A stretch of DNA of 64,000 nucleotides from Eledone cirrhosa (GCA_964016885.1 OZ024742.1:322834001-322898000), one strand, 5' to 3'. Positions 11,417 through 26,132 are shown, counted from the first letter of the stretch. The notes: generated by a model not told the origin, from the letters alone. Made by a program: numbers and translations.

Positions 11417-14400
11417 GTTGTTACTGTTACTGATGTTGTTACTGTTACTGTTGTTACTGCTATTGTCACTGTTACTGTTGTTACTGTTACTGCTGTTGTC
11501 ACTGTTACTGCTATTGTCACTGTTACTGCTATTGTCACTGTTACTGCTATTGTCACTGTTACTGCTATTGTCACTGTTACTGCTATTGTCACTGTTACTG
11601 CTATTGTCACTGTTACTGCTATTGTCACTGTTACTGCTATTGTCACTGTTACTGCTATTGTCACTGTTACTGCTATTGTCACTGTTACTGCTATTGTCAC
11701 TGTTACTGCTATTGTCACTGTTACTGCTATTGTCACTGTTACTGCTATTGTCACTGTTACTGCTATTGTCACTGTTACTGCTATTGTCACTGTTACTGCT
11801 ATTGTCACTGTTACTGCTATTGTCACTGTTACTGCTATTGCTGTTACTGCTATTGCTGTTGTCACTGTTACTGCTACTGCTGTTGTCACTGTTACTGCTA
11901 CTGCTGTTGTCACTGTTACTGCTACTGCTGTTGTCACTGTTACTGCTACTGTCACTGTTACTGCTATTGCTGTTGTCACTGTTACTGCTATTGCTGTTGT
12001 CACTGTTACTGCTATTGCTGTTGTCACTGCTACTGCTACTGCTGTTGTCACCGTCACTGCTATTGCTGTTGTCACCGTTACTGCTACTGCTGATGTCACT
12101 GTTACTGCTACTGCTGATGTCACTGTTACTGCTACTGCTGATGTCACTGTTACTGCTGTTGTCACTGTTACTGCTACTGCTGTTGTCACTGTTACTGCTG
12201 TTGTCACTGTTACTGCTACTGCTGTTGTCACTGCTACTGCTGTTGTCACTGTTACTGCTGATGTCACTGTTACTGCTGATGTCACTGTTACTGCTACTGC
12301 TGTTGTCACTGTTACTGCTACTGCCACTGCTACTGCTGTTGTCACCGTTACTGCTGTTGTCACCGTTACTGCTGTTGTCACTGTTACTGCTGTTGTCACT
12401 GTTACTGCTGTTGTCACTGTTACTGCTGTTGTCACTGTTACTGCTGTTGTCACTGTTACTGCTGTTGTCACTGTTACTGCTGTTGTCACCGTTACTGCTG
12501 TTGTCACTGTTACTGCTGTTGTCACTGTTACTGCTGTTGTCACTGTTACTGCTACTGCTGTTGTCACTGCTACTGCTGTTGTCACTGTTACTGCTGTTGT
12601 CACTGTTACTGCTGTTGTCACTGTTACTGCTGTTGTCACTGTTACTGCTGTTGTCACTGTTACTGCTGTTGTCACTGCTACTGCTGTTGTCACTGTTACT
12701 GCTACTGCTGTTGTCACTGTTACTGCTGTTGTCACTGTTACTGTCACTGTTACTGCTATTGCAGTTGTCACTGTTGCTGCTACTGCTGTTGTCACTGTTA
12801 CTGCTATTGCAGTTGTCACTGTTGCTGCTACTGCTGTTGTCACTGTTACTGCTATTGCAGTTGTCACTGTTGCTGCTACTGCTGTTGTCACTGTTACTGC
12901 TGTTGTCACTGCTACTGCTGTTGTCACTGTTAAACTGCTATTGCTGTTGTTACTGCTACTGCTGTTACTGTTACTGCTGTTACTGTTAGTGCTACTGCTG
13001 TTGTCACTGTTACTGCTGTTGTCACTGTTACTGCTATTGTCACTGTTACTGCTATTGTCACTGTTACTGCTATTGTCACTGTTACTGCTATTGTCACTGT
13101 TACTGCTATTGTCACTGTTACTGCTATTGTCACTGTTACTGCTATTGTCACTGTTACTGCTATTGTCACTGTTATTGTCACTGTTACTGCTGTTGTCACT
13201 GTTACTGCTGTCACTGTTACTGCTGTCACTGTTACTGCTGTTGTTACTGTTACTGCTGTTGTTACTGTTACTGCTGTTGTTACTGTTACTGCTGTTGTTA
13301 CTGTTACTGCTGTTGTTACTGTTACTGCTGTTGTTACTGTTACTGCTGTTGTTACTGTTACTGCTGTTGTTACTGTTACTGCTGTTGTTACTGTTACTGC
13401 TGTTGTTACTGTTACTGCTGTTGTTACTGTTACTGCTGTTGTTACTGTTACTGCTGTTGTTACTGTTACTGCTGTTGTTACTGTTACTGCTGTTGTTACT
13501 GTTACTGCTGTTGTTACTGTTACTGCTGTTGTTACTGTTACTGCTGTTGTTACTGTTACTGCTGTTGTTACTGTTACTGCTGTTGTTACTGTTACTGCTG
13601 TTGTTACTGTTACTGCTGTTGTTACTGTTACTGCTGTTGTTACTGTTACTGCTGTTGTTACTGTTACTGCTGTTGTTACTGTTACTGCTGTTGTTACTGT
13701 TACTGCTGTTGTTACTGTTACTGCTGTTGTTACTGTTACTGCTGTTGTTACTGTTACTGCTGTTGTTACTGTTACTGCTGTTGTTACTGTTACTGCTGTT
13801 GTTACTGTTACTGCTGTTGTTACTGTTACTGCTGTTGTTACTGTTACTGCTGTTGTTACTGTTACTGCTGTTGTTACTGTTACTGCTGTTGTTACTGTTA
13901 CTGCTGTTGTTACTGTTACTGCTGTTGTTACTGTTACTGCTGTTGTTACTGTTACTGCTGTTGTTACTGTTACTGCTGTTGTTACTGTTACTGCTGTTGT
14001 TACTGTTACTGCTGTTGTTACTGTTACTGCTGTTGTTACTGTTACTGCTGTTGTTACTGTTACTGCTGTTGTTACTGTTACTGCTGTTGTTACTGTTACT
14101 GCTGTTGTTACTGTTACTGCTGTTGTTACTGTTACTGCTGTTGTTACTGTTACTGCTGTTGTTACTGTTACTGCTGTTGTTACTGTTACTGCTGTTGTTA
14201 CTGTTACTGCTGTTGTTACTGTTACTGCTGTTGTTACTGTTACTGCTGTTGTTACTGTTACTGCTGTTGTTACTGTTACTGCTGTTGTTACTGTTACTGC
14301 TGTTGTTACTGTTACTGCTGTTGTTACTGTTACTGCTGTTGTTACTGTTACTGCTGTTGTTACTGTTACTGCTGTTGTTACTGTTACTGCTGTTGTTACT

Positions 14401-14570
14401 GTTACTGCTGTTGTCACTGTTACTGCTGTTGTCACTGTTACTGCTGTTGTCACTGTTACTGCTGTTGTCACTGTTACTGCTGTTGTCACTGTTACTGCTG
14501 TTGTCACTGTTACTGCTGTTGTCACTGTTACTGCTGTTGTCACTGTTACTGCTACTGCTGTTGTTACTGA
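11417..14570. repeat. 3.1-kb trinucleotide-based minisatellite (18-bp ACTGTTACTGCTGTTGTY and variants)
   Basis: Directly visible, and it generates the spurious 500-1090 aa low-complexity ORFs. Confidence 0.97.
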
Positions 14571-15049
14571 TGATATTGTTGCTGTTAACATTTCCAAGTT
14601 CAGACATGATCTTGTTGGGAGTTATTTTGATTGGAAAGCAAGTACTTTCAAGACAAATTCCAAGTCAATAGAGAGGTGGGTGATGGAGTGGAATAGAAGA
14701 GATTAAGGAGAAGAAAAAAGGAGTAGTAGGAGGAGGAGAGAAAATATTTAGTTTTATATACACAATATTGATGGTAATGGTGATAGTAATGGCAACTGAT
14801 GTGTGTGTTTGTATTTGTAATATGTAGCAGAAGAGATGGGAAAAGAGTAAGAGGGTGGGTAAATATTAAAGCAATAGTTGAGTGAAAGGTAGGTTGGGGT
14901 TAAACGATGAACATCACTAATCCATTAGTGGAGACAAGTAACAAACAATAAAGTGAGCTGGACAGGTGAGGTCTCACACATACACACCTTCATACATACA
15001 CCTGGAAATTAACCACAAATACATGCATACATATACAAGCAGGAAACCA

Positions 15050-15558
15050 CATCATCATCGTTTAACGTCCATCTTCCACACTTGCATGGGTTTGGACGGG
15101 ACTTTTCCCACTTGAGGCAAGAGTGGTTGTCTCGCTCGTATAGGACTGTCTAGCGGGTTTTCTACGGCTGGATGCCCTTCCTAACACCAACCACGTTTAC
15201 AGTGTGGACTGGGAGGTTTTTACCGTGTTACCTACATGGCCACATTACAGCGTGGACTATGTGTTTTTTTGTCGTGACACCTACATGACCTCATTTGTTT
15301 CGGACTGGATGTTGTGGTACCAACATAACTTTACATTGAAAGGGGTGGTGTGGATGGGGTGGGGGTAGTGGGACGGGGTGTATTTTGTTAGAGGTGCCTA
15401 CTGACTGTAGTAGGTTTCACTTTGTACTTAGGTAAGGTGGGTCTTCTGTATTACTGTGTAGCGCCAAAGATCTCGGTCCAGTGACATTGTCTTGGAGAGG
15501 TGTAAGTGTGTGAGGTCGGAATTTATCAAGTCGTCCCAGGTTTTTCTGGGTCTGCCTA
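15050..15558 (-). mobile_element. 3' fragment of the same RTE family as 44200-47082
   Basis: High similarity to 44225-44738 ([33 protein letters not shown] plus 3' UTR and GAT tail). Confidence 0.88.
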
Positions 15559-15693
15559 CTATATATAACAAACAAGAAAACACAAATGCATGCACATACA
15601 AGAAGAAATCACACACACATACCAAGCAAGAAAATCACACTCACACATCCACTAAACAAAAACTCAATACATATAAGAAAATAACGCGCACAT

Positions 15694-16038
15694 GGAGGCA
15701 CATGGCTTAGTGGTTAGAGCATTGGCCTTGCAATCGAAAGGTTGTGGGTTCAATTCTCAGACCAGGTGATGTGTTGTTTCCTTGAGCAAGACACTTTATT
15801 TCACATTGCTCCAGTTTACTCAGCTGTAGAAATGAGATGATAGGGACTGGGGTCCCTATCATTCCACTGCAAAGTGGTCGTGGAGGTGCCACGGCAAAAA
15901 AGCACCCAGCACTCACTGTAAATGAGGTTGGTGTTAGGAAGGGCATCCAGCTGTAGAAATCAAGCCAGAATCAGTTCCCGTCCCACCCTTGCAAGCAGGG
16001 AAAAGCGGACGTAAAATGAAATGATGATGATGATGATG
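15694..16038 (+). mobile_element. tRNA-derived SINE with CORE-like centre and RTE-type tail
   Basis: A box tggcttagtgg, B box gggttcaattc, central tccttgagcaagacactt, tail gttggtgttaggaagggcatccagc...ggacgtaaaatga-(gat)n shared with the RTE 3' end. Confidence 0.85.
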
Positions 16039-17239
16039 ACACACATTCAACATAAACACTCAATACATAAGAAAATCACACAGATACACCCACATTACAA
16101 GCAATAAAATACTCACATATACATACGCTACACAAAAACCCAATCTATATAGAATATTCACACACACACACACACAAACTGTATATTATGAAAGCCTCAC
16201 ACCTATAAACATTTTTTTTTTTTAACTACATACATGAAACAAGCATGAAACTTAAACAAAAATTATATACAAATGCACACACTCACACATATCTATGTAT
16301 CTTAACTCTTAACTTGTCAGCTCCAAAGTTATTGGGTTGGGCTGGGTCAGGTTTCAACCAAAATGGGGTTATTGTATGATTCTAAAAGTGGCCATCAAAA
16401 AAACAATCTCACACATGGTAGATTTCCCCCATCTGTTCACCTTATTACAATGCACAGCACTAAATAGCAGGTGCTAGCCCTATATACATAAAGTTTTTCA
16501 TTAATTTGTCATCTTTTTCTTGTAGCCTGTCCTATCACCAACCACTTTACATAAACTAGGGATGTTTTATCTTGTTACCCACACTAAAGAAATTGTCTGC
16601 CAGGACCCAAATATCTTATGTAGCCTATATCAATTTTTATTGAGTTATTGCTCTCCCAAACAGGTTGTCTTCACCATGTCTTCAGAGTTACTGCTCTCCT
16701 AATGCCAGTTTTTATTCAAAGCTTATGCAGTTCTACAAGACAGGTTGCTTTTCATGCAGCTTGCAAGGTACATATCTCCTCTGAGTAGATTTTTGTTAAG
16801 TTGTTACTGAATGTGTTTACAGATGTATTTAGTTATTACGCTCATTAAATGTGTTGCCTTCACTGAGTTGCGTGCAAAGTCTGTAGCTTTCCCATGGTGT
16901 ATTTATTCAGAGTTACTGCATCTCCTACTTCCCAGCTGGGTCACCTTCACTATAGGGTCTTGTTTCTCAATGCTTTGAAAGGTGCTCACACTATGGTCAT
17001 GCTGCTAAGGATGCTCATTGTAGTAGTTGAAGGTAAGGTGTACAGACTGTATTTCACTGAACTTGCCAAATCTATGCTATGCCTTCTCATGTTACTAAGA
17101 TAGATTCTATTTCACTGAACTTTCAAAAATTTCTACTGCTAATAAAACATTGTATTTCACTGAAATTGCCAATATATGCTATATCTTCTACTATATTTAT
17201 TAAATTAAACTATTTCACTAAACTTTCATGGGGGGATGT

Positions 17240-17910
17240 GGCCATGATTGATATGCAGAAAAATAAGTAGGAATTGTATATGACGTGAAAAGTATGGATA
17301 CACAAGAAGTGCAGTGGGATCATAGACAGACAAATGGAAAGGTAAGAATTTATATGTAGTAGATGCATGGAAATAGTTACCAGAAAATAAGATACCTATT
17401 TAGAAGTAATTGATAGCTTCAGTTACATAGGTGACCTCATTAGCAATGGAAAATGGTGCTTTGAAAGTGTAGTATGCAGAGTAAAAATGAAGTAGAAAAA
17501 GTTCTGGGAACTTATTGCATTTACTGGAAGCAAAGGGATTCCCCTTCCAAATATAGAGCAAATTATATGATTCATGTGTACAAAGTAAAATGCTATAAAA
17601 TAGCAAAACATGGACAATGGACAATAAATGTGGAAGATTTACTAGAGCTGAAAAGAAATGAAGCAAGCATCTCCATTGGATGTATTGAAATGAATTATGG
17701 AGCACAGATGAGTTGGAGAGAAAAAATTAGGTATAAGAAGAATCAAATGTATGCATGAAAGAAGACTGAGCTGGTACAGACATGTGATGTGTATGAAAGA
17801 CAACAGTAGGATAAAGAAGTGAAAGCGATCCAAATGAAAGGACCTGTTAAGGCTGAACCTCTCACAGAAGATGACAAAGAACTGTAACAAGTATTGAGAT
17901 GCCGTGATGA
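17240..17910 (+). mobile_element. Decayed RTE 3' ORF remnant
   Basis: Frame-broken similarity to the RTE C-terminus (LEVIDSFSYIGDLISNG, KKFWELI, LYDSCV, LSWYRHVM). Confidence 0.65.
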
Positions 17911-18589
17911 AGAAACCCTATTTATGACTTAATACTTCTTAGGTGGAATTGTGATGGAAGGTTTTAGGTAAATATAACACTTAAAAACAGGGTTGCTCTC
18001 AGGTGGTTTGGTATCAAAAAGGTTAACAGTGTACCATTAGTTGTGAAGTGGGTGTTTAGAAGTTTATCTACCAACTTAACTAATGGCCTTTAATATCAAA
18101 ATACATAAACAAAGACACAATTATATGTTCTGATAGATAATCTACCAAATGTATTGTCTGTTATAGATATAATTAATAAAGTACACCAACATTATTTAGA
18201 ACAAGGAGTTTGTTATCTCAGAGAGAGATGGGAAGTTATCAGACTATAGTTTGCTTAGATAATTTTGATTCTCAGCTAAACTTGTCCACATCATTAGAAA
18301 TCTTGAATATCGCACTGCATTTTTTCATCTACTTTTAATCTGACTCTTCATGCTTGTATAAGAAATTGTCTCCATCATTGTCATTGTGTAGTCAAGGCTA
18401 GCACTGATCCAATAGACCTATTATCAAAAACGCCTTCCAGCTCTAACCATACTGTCATAATTTGTTTTCAGGTATAGTGTTGTAGTAGTTTATCTAGGAC
18501 TACATTTTTTAAAAGACAGTGACAGCTCAAACATTATCCTGGGTTGCTAGTCACATCCAATAAATATCTTTAAAAACAAGACTGGTACA

Positions 18590-18950
18590 CCAACCATACT
18601 GTCTTGGCTTGGATGAAAGTGTTGTACCTATGGTCTTTGCAGACTCTCCAGCCTGGTCTGTTCGGCTATCAGCCCAGGTTTCACATCTTGTCAGGCTGAA
18701 GAATCAAACTGTCAAAGTATCAGCTGCTCTCTGATAGGTTTGTGGTCAAGTCTGTGGCAGTGGAGACTTTAAACATTCTTGGCCCCCATACCACATCCCT
18801 ACTCACTTCTATCAGAGTGGAGTTGGTTACCCACAAATGCAAGCCCCATGAAGTGGAGTGGCTGTTCCAGCATGTCTCCCTTGCCATTCTCTGGGACAAT
18901 GTCTTCTCCATCTTGTCTGCCACTGGGGCCAAAAGGCAGACTAACCCTTA
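18590..18950 (+). mobile_element. CRE-clade non-LTR retrotransposon C-terminal (restriction-like endonuclease) remnant
   Basis: VAVETLNILGPHT...EVEWLFQHVSLAILWDNVFSIL resembles the CRE-type AVETLGxxGP...FLxQRLSIAxxRGNAxSIL motif. Confidence 0.6.
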
Positions 18951-19207
18951 ACCAGCATTGATAGATTTTAAGACAGTTACAACAATGTTGTTTATCCATA
19001 TATCAAAGACTGATTTTTGCTATAATATTCATAAATACATCTAATAACCAATGAGACTGATATAGTTGATGCTCTTATTGAACAATTGTAAGTCAATGAC
19101 TTCAGAAAAAAACATTTAGGGAGGGAAGGGCTGTGCCCATGACACTTTTCAAGGCTTCCAAGACTGGCGAGATGGACCGAGGAAGGCATCTTCAAACCAG
19201 AAACCAG

Positions 19208-19485
19208 TTATAATAATAAAATTATTGTGTACAGTATAGTATATAGAATAATGTACAAATGTGAGAAAAGTGAACAGTGTACAAGTCATGATATACATGT
19301 GTCTTTATGTATGGAGAGGGGAATATCGGGTGTAGTGTTGGTGAATTTCAAGAAGCATGAAAGTTTTGAAGGATGCAGTATCCCAACAACTAACAACCGA
19401 TGCATGTAGTTTGTTCCCTGCTTCAACAACTGAGCGTTAAAAAATGTTTCTGAAAGTCATGGGAGCTGTACTGTTTTCTGACTTC
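19208..19485 (-). mobile_element. CR1 3' fragment, more diverged
   Basis: Similar to 6560-6870. Confidence 0.7.
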
Positions 19486-19807
19486 TTGTTCTAAATATTT
19501 GCGACAGAGTGGACTCTGCTAAAGGCATCCAAGGGCAAGGTTTTTCATCCATATATCAATGTTGATTATCCATACATCAAAGACTAATTTTGCTATAATA
19601 TTCATAAATACATCTAAGAATCTAAGAATCAATGAGACTGATATAATTGATGTTCTTATTAAACAACTGTAAGTCAATGACCTCAGAAAAAAAAAACATC
19701 AGATAACAAAAACAGGTGAAACACTTCAATTGAATTACTCAGTCTTTCACTACACAATAGTGTTAGTGTGTTTCTAGCTCCAACTGACACATACATTTCA
19801 GTTGCTT

Positions 19808-20071
19808 TTAACTCTTTAGAATTTAAACTGGCTGTATCTGGCCAGAATTCTCTCGTCTTTCTGTTCAAACTGGCTGTAATCAGCTGCTCATACTCATGTT
19901 AAGGTATTGTTCTCAAAATAAATAATATCAAAATCTCAAATTTGATATCATGTGAGATAAAGTGTTTACCATGAAAATACAATTGTAGTGCACCTGAGCA
20001 CTGTACACAATAATGTCATTATTATTATATATTATTTTAAATATAGAGTAATGCAAATGCTAAAGGGTTAA
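19808..20071. mobile_element. TTAA-flanked MITE (piggyBac-like termini)
   Basis: ttaactctttagaattt ... aaatgctaaagggttaa inverted termini. A related copy lies at 22156-22333. Confidence 0.65.
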
Positions 20072-21163
20072 ATGTTTGATCAGTCATAGTAAATCAAAAA
20101 TAACAGAACAATCAAGTGTCTGGTCAATCTAACTGGCTATGTATCTCTGCCACAAATAATTTTGCCCTATCTTAGAAATAATTATGATTAATGCAACAGT
20201 GTCTGTTAATCTATTAATTGTCAGACAATCTACCACCATTTTGTATAGGATTTGATCATCTTTGATTTTGTATTGTTAACATTTATATCTATTCAGTTAG
20301 ATCTAACTAGAGCTACTCTACATCATGAACAACAAAAACAGAGTGAACTGCAGAACACCTACATGGCCATTCAATCCTGCTAGAAATAGCAGCCACATAT
20401 CTCTCAAAACACACATTACCATTTTAAAGAAACATCGCATCCATGCTAGCGTGGAAAAATGGATGTTAAACAATTGTGACGATGATGACATTAGTTGACA
20501 TCATTTATTGCTGAAAACAAAAATATGAGGATTATGGCTTCAATGTACTTTGATCATAGGTCTGCTCAAATCAAGATTGATCTGAGCCTAAACAATAACA
20601 AAAAAACAAAAACATTGGATAAATTATATACAAAAAGATAGCTAGCTGTTTCCTATTCCTTGTGAGAAAACATTTCTCCAAGTGACACAGTGACACAGAT
20701 ATAGCTAAATGTTTAACAGGAACACAGTTATGGTTACCAACAGTTGTCTGGGAAATACAGAGAAACTGGCTGTAAATGATAACAGAACAGATACACCACA
20801 CTTCAGACCTTACAAAGAGATTATTTTTGATCATAGATCAGCTCAATCAGGGTTGATTAGGGATTAAGCATCATCATCATGATTTACCCTTCCCCGCTTT
20901 ATTTAACATTCATTGTCCCATGCTTGCATGATTTGAAACTACAGTGAACAAAACTGAAACTTCAAGTTTTTCAGTTTACAACCCTAATCCTTCAAGGCAG
21001 TGCCCAGCATGGTCACAGTTCAATGACCAGTATCAGTAAAATAAGAAAAAAAATGAAGAAAAATCAATGCTACATATGTTTTAATTTATTTTTCTGCTAT
21101 CAGTCTAGCTGCATTTTTTTTTTATCAACACTAATAAAGTAAATTAACAATAACGAAGCCAAG

Positions 21164-21199
<36 letters not shown>

Positions 21200-21887
21200 A
21201 CAAAAAAATACAAAGTACCAAAGTTAACACAAAATCATAGTTTATCAGATCCAATAAAAATGGTGGTTGATTGTTAGACAATTAATAAATTAAAAAACAC
21301 TGCCAGATTAATTATAATCATTACCAACATTGGCATAGGGCCAACTATAGATACACAGTAGATTAAATTGACCTTGCACTTGTTTGTTCTGGTAGTTATG
21401 TTATCGACCTTGGAAGGGATGAAAGGCAATGTTGACTCTGGCAAGATTTAAACTTAGTGTAAAGGGATGTAACTAAATACGGCAAGGTATTTCTTAACTG
21501 GTCTCCAAACAAACTAGCAGTACAAGACAGAAAAACAAGAAAAACAATGACTGCATTTAGAATACACCACTTAAAATCATATGTAGAAAGATTCTTACTA
21601 TGAAGACAGGGGACCTTATACTACTAAAAATCTATTATAAAATAACCACTGTTGGACTACAAAAATACAGAGTGAAGAAATAGTTCCAAGGCATGAACAA
21701 AGTAAAAAATTGTTTTCGTTTTTTAGGAAGCCAACAAGTACAAAACAGGGTGAATTGGCAGATAATTGTGAAGAAAATGAAATAAAAGAAGAAACAACAC
21801 AAATGGTGAAAAATGTAAATTGAAACCAGATCTTCAGAATGCCATGATAAAATATTGGCATGAAAAAACCCTACACCAACAATACCT

Positions 21888-21920
<33 letters not shown>

Positions 21921-22155
21921 TTGAACATTCCACCACCATAATGGTACCTTATTTTATTGACCCTGAAGAAATGAAGGCAAAGTTGACCGAGGCAACATTT
22001 GAATTTAACCCCTCTTTTGGTACCAACCTATCCAAAAGCCTTCACTGGTTCTATGAAACAAAACCACCCATTTTAAGGAGTTCCAATTTAAATTATAATC
22101 TTCCAACATAATTTGATAAAAGAACGTTTTGTTAAGTTACAATGCAAATGCCATC

Positions 22156-22333
22156 TTAATCCTTTAACATTTAAACAGTCTAACTGGCCGGTCACACTTA
22201 TGTTAAGGTATTGTTCTCTAAATAAATATCAAAATCTCATAGATTCAATATTATGCGAGATAATTATGAGGTAAAACCTTTACCATGAAAATACAATAGT
22301 ATATATGGAATAATGCAAATGCTAAAGGGTTAA
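22156..22333. mobile_element. TTAA-flanked MITE nested in another MITE (about 22005-22430)
   Basis: ttaatcctttaacattt ... aaatgctaaagggttaa. The flanks rejoin to match the uninterrupted element at about 23698-23925. Confidence 0.6.
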
Positions 22334-24027
22334 TGAAATAAATAATAGTTTTAGGAAATCCTTTCAAATTCTTCATTAATTAATTCAAATTCAGTGTATT
22401 TCATTAGAAATATGGCAATGAAAGAGATAAAGGCATTTTGTCTCTACCTAGTTGACCACAGTAAAATTTAAACTCAGAGCATAGAAAGAACAAACAACAC
22501 AAGATATTTTATCCTACACTAACAACTCTATCAGTTGATCAACTAATTGACTCAGGGTTAGATTTGAACTAAAGAGTTGATCTTGGAAGGATTTTAACTT
22601 TTTGTGTTAAGAGAGTTAAATGAAACACCAAGAGTGCATCCTTTCCGTCTTGTCTACCACACGACTGCAGCTTACTGCTTGGTCATCCTTTGATAAAGGG
22701 GGTGGTGAGGCCGTTGTGATGGTAGTGGCGAAGTAGTGATGCAGTGAGGGTGGTGTGATGGTAAGGTGATGTTTTGGAGTACAATAGGGAATAGGAGAAG
22801 GTGGGACCAAAGTTGACAGTCTGCTCCAATAACAAGACATGGAAAAAGAAGTTTTTGACAAAAGGAAAGCAATTAACTTCTGGACAGCTCAAAAGAACTT
22901 TTACAATTTTCACAACCACCTATGTGTGTGTGTGTGAGTGTAGTTAAAGAAAAGGAAAAATACTGACATACAACAATAGTCTTATCAGGTTCACGGTTGA
23001 AAAAGGAAAGTTCAACACATCAGATATACGTACGTACGTGCGCGTTCCTGTATGAGCAAGACAAGATCAGCCGATTGGTCACTGCCCACAACAGGACAAC
23101 CTGTCTAACCGATGCTAGCGTGGAAGAACGGACGTGTGATGATGATGATGATGATAAAAGAGAGAGAGAAAGAGAGAGAGTATATATATATATATGATAT
23201 ATACACACACACATGCGCACACACTTCAGTACATTATTATAATTGTTTAGCTTCACAACACCTGAAGATGAACAAGACCAACAGTCAACCAACATGACTG
23301 ATGCATATATAACACACCTGCAATGGTTGTTAACTGGAGGTGAGTGGCACTCACATGTACATACTATGCACACATGTATAGACTCTCACACACTCACATA
23401 TACATACATTTATACCCACAGAGTCATACATAGATATACAGATACATATACACACATAATGATATGTACATAGACACATACATGTACACATTTACACACA
23501 TGAATGTGCATCTGTGTGTCTGTACATGTGTGTGGTTATGACTTGAGAAGTTAGTACAATGCAAGTTAGAAACACAAGAGTGAAATCTAGAATAGAGTAA
23601 AGAAAACAGTTTACATTTTTATGTTATATTTCTTGATATTACAAGATTAGGGCCCCCTTTTTCAAAAGAAAAATGGAATGTGGTGTTGTAAAGATGTTTA
23701 ACTCCTTTGATACCTAACAGCACCAAAACCGCCTTAAGTTCTATGAAACAAAACTATTCATTTCAAAGGGTTCCTATTTAAATTTAAAATTTTCCAATGT
23801 AATATATAAAAAAACTTTTATGTTACAAATACCATCTTAACAAAATAATAACAATAGTCAATTTATTAATTTCCTCCAAATTCTTTAATTAATTAAAATA
23901 CAGTGCATTTCATGAAATGGTTAAAGGATGATTGTTAGCCGTTTTGCTGCCATATTTCTAATGAAAGGCATTCTTTGAAAATTATCAAAGAATTTGGAAA
24001 GATTAAATAAAATAACTCATTATTATT

Positions 24028-24224
24028 GGTGGATTGGCAGTATCGGTAGAGAGTCGGACGCCATGCTTTGCAGCAAAGAGTTACGGCCCTTTATGATCCG
24101 AGTTCAAATCCCGCCGAGGTTAACTTTGCCTTTCCTCCTTACGGGGGGGGTCGATAAAATAAAGTACCAGTAATACACTGAAGAAATTGCTGGCCTTGTG
24201 CCAAAAGTAGAAACAATTATTATT
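24028..24224 (+). mobile_element. Second tRNA-derived SINE family (Nin-domain-like centre, ATT tail)
   Basis: A box tggcagtatcgg, B box gagttcaaatccc, central gcctttc.tcctt.cgggg-tcgataaaataaagtaccag, tail attattatt. Confidence 0.8.
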
Positions 24225-24761
24225 TTGATGCTTGAAGTAGGATTTTATAAAGATTCCTACATGAATTTATAATGGTAGGTTCTTAGATAAATATAAAGAC
24301 ATAAAAATAAAGAATTTGTATCATAGAACCACATGTTTGAATAGTTAATTTGGTGTTTGAAACAAGATTCTTACATAAATTTATGATGGAAGGTTTTTAG
24401 ATAAATATAAATATTTTAAAACAAACAGTTTTATATTGTAAAACCAGTAGGAGGAGGTTCAGCTAGTTTGGTATCAAGAAGGTTAAGGTATTGAAAGACA
24501 AGAAAAATATTTTAGAAATTCTTATTGTTTGTAAATAAATTAAGATGATAATGAATATATTTGGGTGTGTGGAGGCTAAGAAAAGCGTACAATAATTAAA
24601 TTATATCCTACAGGAATGTGAAAAGATAATTAGAAGTCTTACCTAAGGGGAATAAAATACTGAAACCATTTGTAGATACATTTTTAAATAGTTTTGATGT
24701 CGAATAAAACAAGAAAAAGATGTCAAAGAAGGATGGGTAATAAATACATTATATTGAAAAC

Positions 24762-24942
24762 GGTGGATTGGCAGAGGGTCGGACGCCATGCTTTGACGCA
24801 TAGAGTTACGGCCCTTGCCATTCTGAGTTCAAATCCCGCCGAGGTTAACTTTGCCTTTCATCCTTACGGGGTCGATAAAATAAAGTACCAGTAATACACT
24901 GGGTAATTGCTGGCCTTGTGCCTAACGTAGAAACAATTATAT
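24762..24942 (+). mobile_element. Second SINE family copy
   Basis: Matches 1258-1450 and 24028-24224. Confidence 0.8.
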
Positions 24943-26132
24943 TGAAAAGCAGTAGGTTGATGATTAAATACATAAATAAATAAGTGGAGATTGTGTGTGT
25001 GCATGTAAAATTTGAAATGCATGCGTCCCAACGCAAATAACCATAACTATAGTCAATCATAATAACAAATAGTTGAGAAAACTGTCTCCAGGAGTAATTT
25101 ATCCAATTTTCTCATTATTTATGGTAATTAATGATTATTTGCATTGGGATGCACACTTTCCAAATTTTCCTTATGCTTCTTAAGTCAACCGCTGTGTGTG
25201 TGTTTTTAGAGAGAGTGTAGTGTTGGTGCCATGACAACATATACCCAGTACTCTTTGTAAAGTGGTAGTGCTGATGTCATGGCAAAATGAATTCAGCTGT
25301 AGAAACCTTGCCAAAAATGGAACGTATAAGCAAGATGTGGTCTCCATGACAACTTATCTTGAACCCAGTCAACTAATCCAACACATGCATGCAAGCATGG
25401 AAAGCAGACATGATGATTTTTATATTATACACAAACAATCATGTTAGAAATGCTTTTCCTTGCATGCACAGCCTGCATCCATTTATAGGGTTCCTTCATA
25501 TATGATGTTACAGCTCCCCTACATAGGTTTAGCTCATTTTCACGAGGTTGCACTATGTAGGAGGTCTCTTTGGTGGCTTTAATGATGATATCCCCAGTCC
25601 TATCATGTCATCAATTTTCCAGTGAGCCATAACAAGTTTGAACTAGGAATGCACAGAGTTGAAACATATCACAAAGCATCAGGTCTGATACTATTTGCCA
25701 GTTTCAACTCCTGCCAAAAGGAGGTGGGACTTAAATTCAGAACGGGTTAGATGAAAAAAAAAAAGAAACTGAGAAAAAAATGAAATAAAATGTAATAAGA
25801 TGTAATAATGTGAAACAGAATACAATAGATGAAATGAATGATAAGTATATAAATTTACAGAGATAAAAGATTGAGAAGGTCAGGAGAAAAATGTATATAT
25901 TTAGGTTAAAAGTGTGTGAGTGGAGAACAGTCCACAATAGTTAATTAAGCTAAAAAAGTTAAGTAGTTAATTAATTAGTCTTATGTAGTCTAATGTGAGT
26001 GTATATTTATGAATATATAAAATGTATAAATATGACGCACATATATATATATATATCAGTATTAAACTAGTTAGACCATTATTCACTTGATACTTGGGAT
26101 AGTAGAGTGTGACTATATTAGAGAAAGTCTAG

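Noticed and set aside
11392-14671. Long ORFs of 523-1090 aa (mucin/antifreeze-like)
   Set aside because: They arise on both strands and in several frames from a stop-free simple repeat.
15694-15770. Functional tRNA genes at SINE heads
   Set aside because: A/B boxes are present but continue directly into SINE body and tail, and no clean cloverleaf was seen.
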